Assembly: GCA_965153285.1 (NCBI GenBank)
Contig: OZ229110.1
Source: Podarcis tiliguerta
Lineage: Eukaryota
Direction: 5' to 3' (one strand)
DNA length: 64,000 nucleotides
Under the pieces are notes generated by a model. That model was not told where the DNA came from. It saw only the letters and a list, made by a program, of their open reading frames with translations, and searched no databases. Numbering within the stretch: the stretch's first letter is position 1; each line of letters starts with the position of its first letter. A program made the position numbers and the translations under genes. Positions 55,400 through 64,000 of this stretch are shown here, piece after piece.

Positions 55400-58300
55400 G
55401 TATGTGTGTGATGTGGAGAAAGTGGACAGACAGGTGTGTTTCTCCTGCTTTCAAAGTACTAGAGCCCAAGAAAGCTGAAAAATGTAAGATTCGGGGCAGG
55501 CAAAAGTACATCATACAACACATGGTTAAAATGTGGAATTCACATGAAAGCTGGATGGCTTTCAAAGGGGTTTAGACAAGCTCATGGAAGTGACCTTGCT
55601 GATATTATCTGGCTGCACTAATGTGGGGCACTGAAATATTATCCAGAGCTGCAATTGTTAAGCAGAGGAAAGTTCAGTATCTCTGAGTAAATGGTTTAAA
55701 ACAAGAACAACACTCATCCAGATGGGGAAAAGATGCCAACTGGCTAAAAAAAGAGGACATTGTCATAGATCCTTGGTTGCCATAATCCTAATCATTATAT
55801 CCTCTATAAAGCCCAGCATAGACGAAGGGGCTGCTTTCAAGCTTGGAGCCATCTAGTGAGCACTTGCAAAAATATGTTTGGGTGTACTGCATTCCAGTTA
55901 AATACTGCTTGTGGTAACCAGTCTGCAGTCTCGGAAGAAAAAGATACTAAAGGAAAGCAGACAAGAACTGTGTTTAAACAGAGTCTTTCAGCAACCATAT
56001 CAGTATAATTATCTGGTTCCTCATGCCACAATAGGCTAACATTCCAACAGTTGTAATTTTCACGTCTTTTCTGTTGTATAGAAAGCCTAGTAGCCAATTA
56101 TATCCATTTTGCAGATGAGAAACAATTACTTGCCCCAAAAGAAATGTGACAGAGCAAAGCACTTCATTCTTCCAAACTCTCATTTGACAGCCCAGCGTGT
56201 TGGCTCACGCTTTCCCACCCAATGGTAAGGGATTCAGCAATAATGAAGAATCGCAATGGAAGTTAATGCCTCACACATCCTCAGAAGGCAGACAGTGTTT
56301 CTTGGGAGAGTGTTTTCCCCCCCAGAAGAGATAATGGAATGAGCTGACAAAAATATTTTCAGAATCTGGAGCTGTGTTTTAACCATAACAGTATTATATT
56401 TAGAATTCATTTGGAATGTTGCTTCATTGCACTGAACAGAAAGCAGGAATCTTAAGTCCCACCACAACCCATAAAAAATAGGCTCTACCACAGGATAAAG
56501 ATCAAGACCATATTGCAATCAGGTTATCATATACAAGAAACAGCAAATCCATTGTATCATATAAATGGTCCTTCTAGTCCTGTATCCAGCAGAAGCCTGT
56601 ATTGGATATTGTGAGAATTTACAAATGCTGAGAACGTTGGGGAATATTTCATTTCTTGTTTTCCCTATGAACCTCTAGCAATTGCAGATTCTTGCACAAT
56701 CACTGCATGAGGGTGCATGTCCTATCCTGATTAACAGCTACTGGTATTTCGCACAGTTTTGTCTAGATCACTTTGAACATCTATATGTCACGTCCCATGG
56801 CATTCTGGAGAACAGATGTGCTGCATGTCGAAATGCATCGTTATCCATATTTGAAACGACAAGTGGTCAATTCATATTCTACTTCTTCTGCAAAAGGATA
56901 AATAAGGCACTCTCTTATGTGGTTCTTCAAACTAATTTGTCATGCACCACCTCATTGCTTAGCCATCACTTTTACAATCTAATACTGATCTGTAACATAC
57001 TCAGCCGTACTGTAGCATGTAACTGGTTTATAGATGGGCAACATTATGCACCCTAAAACGACACGACACCGATATTTCTTCAAACAGTGAGAGCTAATTT
57101 AGAATGCCTATTGCTTCACAATTATTCATTCAGAGTTTGGCTATTGTTATGCAGCCAAGCTACAGTTGCTTACATTTTGCAACCCTTTCCAATAGGACTG
57201 ACTGCAAACTGACTTTGTGCAATGAGATACAATAGTGCTAATAAACCGGCAACAGCCCCCATTCCCAAAGGTGCCATTGGCATTGAGATGACATAGCCAG
57301 CTGTTAGATGTGACACAATTTAGCAGAGAGAGGGTGGGTAGCAGGATAGAGATGGAGTGGCACCATCCACTCCCATACCCCTTGTGGCTGTCTTTTCCAA
57401 CCACCACAAAACCAGCTATATCAACAAAACGCTGCGTAGTTAATTATGTTACAATACAGATGCAAATGATACACAGCAGCACAAGACAGATTTGCCAAGC
57501 ACAGGATTCTGCTACAATTTTGTTGGGAAAAGTGACTATGTGCACTTTACACATACATGAACCTTTAGATTTGGGGGATACTCTCTCTATTGTGTATTTT
57601 CCAGCACTAGTTTTTCGATAAACCAATTACTTATGCAGTAAAATATGATATTTGCGCACTAAACCCACAGCAACTTGAGCTCTGCATAGGCTGTCTCTCC
57701 AATCTCGTGATTCCCTTGGCTCCTCGCCTTTGTGAGTAACGTGCTGGAGGTTTCTTCAGAATAGGATCTGCTGCCTCAGAACACAATTATTCTTCCCACA
57801 GCTTCCAAGATGCTACCTGACAAAGTACTCTTCCAGCTTTAGTTCATCAAGGAAGAAGGTATTTTAGATGTATCGGGCTGACAAAGCATAGTTTCTTCTG
57901 ATACTCGAATCCTTGGCAAGATAAAGAGAGCGTTTTCAATGCAACGGAATTGGTGGAAAGCAAAAAGACTTAGCCAAGGGCTGATGACACTGCTCAAACC
58001 ACTTGTTTCGTTTTGCCACCTCACTGCTCAGCCAGACTGTAGCATCCAGACAATTCAGCAGGAAACACCTGCTTCTGTTTGTGGCCAGTTTGTTCTAAGT
58101 TCACGCTGCATAATACTGTACCTGCCAGTTAGGCCAACTGCTCTTTTCTTGTACTTCCATTCTGATTCCAATTCTGTGGGTGTCAGTGTGAAATATTAGC
58201 TATATACGAAGGCAGGGAAAGAACCTAGACAAACGTGTGGCTTCTTCTCTTCACCTGGCCCCCAGTCAACCTCCTTGTATGCAGTTAGCATCTCCTGTTC

Positions 58301-58524
58301 ATGTTGGCTTGATCTGCTCCCGCTGTGATGTTTCCTTGGTTCTTCCTGGTTTGCTCAGGATGGTTTGAAAGTGGTTGAACTGCTACGGGCCCCTCCAGAA
58401 TTCATCAGTCAGAAATGCGATGGGCTTGTGTGTAGGGGAGTGTTGAAGAGGACAGAGTAATAAATACAGGCACTGTGGCGCTGCCATCTGCTAACAAAGC
58501 AGCCACCTTCATCAGAAGTCCCAC
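55400..58524 (-). other. PGF: Probable PGF (placental growth factor) terminal exon and 3' UTR; 3' end uncertain
   Basis: Strong acceptor CCTTGCTCTCTTCCCAG (exon start 58524); TGTATTTATTAC...CTCTTCA motif ~56 nt in resembles the human PGF 3' UTR as I recall it; PGF follows RPS6KL1 on the same strand in mammals; region largely repeat-free. Confidence 0.5.
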
Positions 58525-61015
58525 CTGGGAAGAGAGCAAGGGACAGGATGAACACCAAGAAGGTGGCTGGGTCTTGTGTTAACAGGCATGGAAAGTGGAT
58601 GCAGTAATTTTCAGCAAATTAGGAATCTAACAAGGCCATGCTGTCAAATGTATTTAACGACCTTAAAATCTAAATATCCCATAAAAAGAACATTTATACA
58701 TCTATGACAAAGGACTTTTGGATAATCAGCTTGGTTTTTTTTCTAGGATGTGACACACTTTTCACTGAATGCATTGCAGCCCAGCCCATCTATGTTTATT
58801 CAGAAGAAAGAACCATATTATTCAAGTAAGTATGCATCCAACTGTGGCTTTAGTTCAACTGTCTCTCTGACAATTCATAAACATTACAAATCCACTACTG
58901 CTGCCACACCTAAAAAGCATTGCATAGTAAAACTTATCATGTCTAACAATAGCTGCTTAGTTTACAGTGCTGTGAAAAAGGCTTAAGGCTAGCCATGGAC
59001 CACCAAATAGAGGAATTGCTCAGTTTTGAGTTGTTTGGTTTTAAATAGCTTCTCTCTCAAGGTGACCACTCTGCTGAATAACCACAAGACTTCAGATTGG
59101 CTGCAAGGCTGCTTTGGAGTTAGTTTGTCAACAGCTCAGTGTTTTGAGAAAAGCAATCACTTTGTGGGGCTCCAATCTGCTGCTTCATCCTCTGCTTCAG
59201 GGTCATATTAACTGCACTGTACAGGGGGCACCGATGTATCAGGTCCCATGCAAGCAGTGCTCCCAGACTCTTAGCTTCTAGAAAATAAGTCAATCAGACA
59301 TTTCTGAAGAAAGTTAGAGCACAAAACTTGGAGGCAGCTCTAATGCTTTGGCACTTGGCAGTTGCTAAAGGTGCTTGATCAATTGATCACTGTTGCTAAG
59401 CAATCAGAGGAAGAACTGTTGACCACTCCCATCTGGGACTCAGGAGGGACCCCTCCCAGAGCAGCAGATAAAGCAGGAGAAGCTGAATACATATGAATGA
59501 CCTGCTGGATTAGGCCAATGACCCAACTAGACCAGCATATTGTTCTCACAATGGGCAACCAGATGCCTGTGGGAAACCAGGGATAACATGAGCACAAGAG
59601 CTCATGAATGGTGCAGAACACTGGGATATGTTTGCTTAAGTACCTTCCTTGCAGGCACATTATTTCATTTACTCCCCAGGCATGTGCTGCCTTTTCAAAG
59701 TAAAACACAACTGACTGGGCTTGGTGTGTTTGGCTTGCAAGTAACTCCTCTGAATTGCCATGTCCCCCATGCAGCCCCTGTTGTCATCACTGGGCTGTTA
59801 TTTAGTAATAAACAGCAACTATAAAACAAAAATAAGAAATAAAAAATGAATCTGCAAATGCAACTATGAAATAACTGCTGCAAGATAATATTCCTATTTA
59901 CCATACTTTGACATAATAATATTTTATCAAGGTTGGCAAAATGTGTTTTGCTGAGACTTGTGACACTGACATATTTGTTCCTTGTTGTATATCTATATCT
60001 TGCTTTTCCTTCCAGAAGTTCAAGGATTAACAATCAATCCCTCTTCCCAGGCAACTCTGAGAATTGTAGGTCTGTGAGGGGGAAAGGGGCCCCCTAACAG
60101 CTCTTAGCACCCTTAACTACAACTCCCAGGATTCTTTGGGGAAATCCAGGGCTGTTTAAAGTGCTTTAAATGTACAGGTATGGCCTGAGGGTGCATTCTG
60201 GCCTGTGATGTCTGCGTCCCAAAGGGATCTGCACATAGGTTGAAAGCCACTTTGATGAGGCCTATGTAAGTCATTGTCTAATATGTCACAATATTCTCTG
60301 CCATCTGCTGTGGTCTTATCAAACTCTTAGAAGGAAAACTGTGTGTTCTTTAAACCGCTCTCTGTTTTGATGGTTATAATATCCCCACAGAAGACGATGA
60401 TCACATTGGGCTTGGCAACACCAACAGCCTCCCGGGTGGCTAAGCCCACACCCAAGTTCTTTCATGTAATAATCACATTTCGCACTAGAATCCAGCTTCC
60501 AAGTTCCCAGAACAGGCCACACATTACGTGGGATTAAGCATGTCTCCTGAGGAACCTCTTAAAAATCTGACTAGATGCCACAAAGAGAATGCCAACTGTT
60601 TTAGTTGTCCTAGTCTTGGCTGCTCGGGGGCCTTCAGCTTGTGTTTCTTGAGTAACAGCCCCACATGACAACCTTCTCTGGAAATGGAAATCTTTGGAAA
60701 ATCTCTCTGTGTAAGAGTATGCATGTCAGAGAAAAGAGATTTTGTTTTTGAAAAAATGTGCAGGATTAAGGCATAAGGGTCACGTACAATGAGATTTTTA
60801 AACTTCTAACACAGACTCCCATGCTTTATTTTAAAAACAGTTTAGAATGATGCAGATAAAACAGAATTTTAATTAATAGCAATTATTAATGGATTAATCT
60901 CCTTCCTCACACGCCTCAAGGCGATGTAGAAATTGGAATAAAAACAGTTTAGGACAACACAGAAAATAGCAGCAGATAAAAAACAAAGCTAAGTAAACTC
61001 ACATGCCAGAAGCCG

Positions 61016-61217
61016 AGGTTGTATCCACACTAAACAGTTAAAGCACATTTATACTGCTTTAACAGTCCTGGCTCTCCTACCACCCCAAATCCTGGGAGCT
61101 GTAGGTTATACCCCACAGAGCTACAATTCCTAGAACCCTTAAAAACTACAGTTTATATATATAGGGGGGAGCCATGACCTTTATATGTGCTTTAAAGACA
61201 TAGTGTAGATGCGACCT
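61016..61217. mobile_element. MITE with TIR AGGTYGYATCYACACTA (PIF/Harbinger-like)
   Basis: AGGTTGTATCCACACTA...TAGTGTAGATGCGACCT, imperfect long inverted arms. Confidence 0.5.
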
Positions 61218-61629
61218 TCACCTGGGTAACAAATAAGGTGGTGCAGAAGTGAATTCTTACCACAATCCAGTTGGGAAGGAAGGTGAGGCATAGACATGTG
61301 CTACTTTTTAAATTAAATAATCTCATTGTACTTGCTTAAGTCCTAGAGCCAGGGGAGAAACTAGGCTTTCTTTCACCCCAAAGACTTGGTTCGGCACCTC
61401 CCCCCAAGGTCCGTTTGCGTACACATGCACACCCCACTTTCATATTCAACTCCTGAGGGTTTCTTTGACGTGCCTGTTATAGCAGGGGGAGCTTCCAGAA
61501 GCTTCACTTGAACTCATTATGGCTTATCCTTGGCCTCAGTGATTCTTACTTCTGAGCAGAGCATGCCTAGGCATTGTACTAGTCCCCAGGGCTTACTTCT
61601 GAATTCAGTGATCCTTACTTATGAGTAAA

Positions 61630-61977
61630 GGTAAAGGGACACCTGACCATTAGGTTCTGTCGTAGCCGGCTCTGGGGTTGCGGCGCTCAACTCACTTTAT
61701 TGGCTGAGGGAGCCGGCGTACAGCTTCCGGGTCCTGTGGCCAGCATGACTAAGCCGCTTCTGACGAACCAGAGCAGCACACGGAAACACTGTTTATCTTC
61801 CCGCCAGAGTGGTGCCTATTTATCTACTTGCACTTTGATGTGCTTTCAAACTGCTAGGTTGGCAGGAGCAGGGACTGAGCAACGGGAGCTCACCCCATCG
61901 CAGGGATTCGAACCGCCGACCTTCTAATCAGCAAGTCCTAGGCTCTGTGGTTTAACCCACAGCACCACCCGTGTCCC
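61630..61977 (-). mobile_element. Sauria SINE
   Basis: Full length; TSD CCTTACTTATGAGTAAA. Confidence 0.92.
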
Positions 61978-63531
61978 TTACTTATGAGTAAATATGCATA
62001 AATGTTATCACTGCAAATACTTCCCCAGTAATATAAGGAATTATCTCACTTCCCTTTCCACAGCACAAGGTTATTTATTTCTCTGTCTGGTTTCAGTTCT
62101 CAGTGTCTAATTTCCCTCTTCCCCACCCCACTGCCCAGAGCACATCTAAAGTTGATCTTTGGTTCCTTGCCCTTATGCAAACAAAAATATTGCCACCAAA
62201 TATACCTTAGTTTCTCCATCCAGACTAAGGGTTGTATCCTGCTAAGTCAAATTAAGAGTAAACCTACTGAAACTAATGGATGTGACTAATTTTAGTCCAC
62301 TGATTTCAATGGGTGTACTCTTGAGAATGGCTTAGTTAGAGGAACCCTCAGGCATTTAACTGTTAAGTGCTGTTTTTATTAAGCATTAGTTTTCTGTAAA
62401 GCATTTATTTTTCTTTTTAGGCAAGAAAGATGGGAGGAGTCTAAAAGGATACAGATTTTTAGAAATAGGAGTTTCAAAGCTGGAAAAGGCAAAGTTGCAC
62501 CCTCAGCTACAACCCACAGAAACACTATGTTTCTACAAGGCACAATGGAAAACTAGCCCCACTCATCTCCTCAAATCCTCCCTTTCCCTGGAGATAAGGG
62601 CTCCAATCTTGCTCAAATAAACAATAGTTTCACTTTTTCCTCCTGAAAGGTTAAAGTTTACTTTCTGGATAACAAAAGGCAAACCAGCTATTCAAGGCCT
62701 TGGTATTTGCTATTTTTGATCTCAAGTCCTTAAATGGGAAGGTTTTTATGGTGAGCTTTAAAAAGAAACACAGCAAGTTAAATGCATTTTAATTAGGGGT
62801 GCAACCTTTGATGGATGATTGAATGCAATCTGTCAGCGAAAGTTTTAATCGTGAATTAAAATTTTTCTTCTGGCCTGACCAATTGGTGAGGTTGGCAAGG
62901 AGGAAAATCTTTGGGTCAGGGGAATCTTGAGGGGCCTATCACTGCAAAGCCCATAGTAATGCATCCTCAACCCCCCTCATTGCTCCAAATTAGGTTGAAG
63001 GTGGTGGGTTGGAGGCTACCCAAGTCCTATTGAAATCAAGGGGGCAAATTAAACTTCATTGATTTCAATGGGATTTAAGGGCAATTTATCTTTAGCCACA
63101 TCAAGTACTTTTCCTTTTGGGTTATGGGGTGTTTCAAGATGGCGGTTTACCACAGACTCAGTGCTGCTCATGCATATAAGGTTTTTGCAGTGTCCACCCT
63201 TAAAAATGCTGTCCCACCCCCCCCACCCCCTTTTAATCTGGATTTATGCATTCTGAAAGAGGTTTTTTTTTAAAAAAATTATCAGATTTTCTGCAGAAAC
63301 TGCAAATCCATATGAAATGGGAAAATAATACAGGACAGCATTCTGAAGAGGACAACATTGTGTGGACACTGTGCAAAACCTGTGTGCATCTGCAGCTTCA
63401 AGTTCTAATAACTTGTCATGTGAAATTGCCCAGATTACTGTTTGGTTCCAACAGTATGCTCACACATGCAAAGTCTGCTTCCAACAATGAGTAAAATAGC
63501 TCCATCCATCAGTTTGCCTGTAAAGAAAAAG

Positions 63532-63736
63532 AGAGCCAGTGTGGTGTTAAGGGTTAAGAGTGTTGGAACTATGACCTGGAAGACCAAATTCCCACTGAGC
63601 ACTGAAGCTCACTGGGGGGCCTTGGGCCAGTCACTGTCTCTCAGCCTAACCTGCCTCACAGGGTTGTTGTGAAGGTGAAATTGGGAGCCGGAGAACCATG
63701 TGCAGCTCCTTGAAGGAAAAGGTGGTATATGAAATG
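63532..63736 (+). mobile_element. tRNA-derived CORE/MIR-like SINE (Squam3-like)
   Basis: GCCAGTGTGGTG..GGTTAAGAGTG head; CCTTGGGCCAGTCACT..TCTCAGCCT...CACAGGGTTGTTGTGA core. Confidence 0.6.
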
Positions 63737-64000
63737 AAACAAATGCACCTCAGAAACATTTATGATAGTAGGAACAATAGAGGTTGTGATTCTGTGGCCC
63801 TAGAACCTGAGAGTTCCATCACCAAAAACAACCCACAGCCAGGGAGATTATTATACTGGCAAACATGCAGTGAAAACTATATATATATTGATCTGTACAG
63901 ATATTTAGAATACTGGTATGTTTTCAGTTTATTGATGGTGTCTATTTATTATTTTAATGTTTTGATTGTGTTTACTAATAATCTAACTTTGCATTATCCA

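Noticed and set aside
1-64000. CRISPR arrays, rRNA or prokaryotic/viral systems
   Set aside because: No repeat-spacer arrays, rRNA or long intronless foreign ORFs; content is fully vertebrate

Overview
Vertebrate (squamate, probably lacertid lizard, inferred from Sauria SINE/BovB content) genomic DNA from the conserved PROX2-DLST-RPS6KL1-PGF neighbourhood. From left to right: three U1 snRNA genes (two on +, one on -) with complete Pol II snRNA promoters (GC box/octamer/SPH, PSE) and 3' box remnants, each body replaced by a 148-149 nt N block; PROX2 (- strand, 4 coding exons, 640 aa) whose first coding intron is a U12-type AT-AC intron overlapped by an in-frame GT-AG alternative; DLST (+ strand, 15 exons, 461 aa) head-to-head with PROX2; the pseudokinase RPS6KL1 (- strand, 10 coding exons, ~656 aa); and the probable terminal exon/3' UTR of PGF (- strand). 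Introns and spacers carry Sauria SINEs, BovB, Rex1/Babar and CR1 LINE fragments, tRNA-Lys- and tRNA-Ile-headed CR1-tailed SINEs, and Tc1/mariner-, pogo/Tigger- and hAT-type MITEs. Most notable candidates: a prospero-like U12/U2 dual-splicing arrangement in PROX2, a MITE terminal repeat that appears to supply the DLST exon 10 branch point, a UUU-UAA uORF one base out of frame with RPS6KL1, a perfect 28-bp hairpin in the U12 intron, and mosaic (gene-converted) U1 copies. All exon boundaries were read by eye; homology statements come from recalled sequences, not searches.
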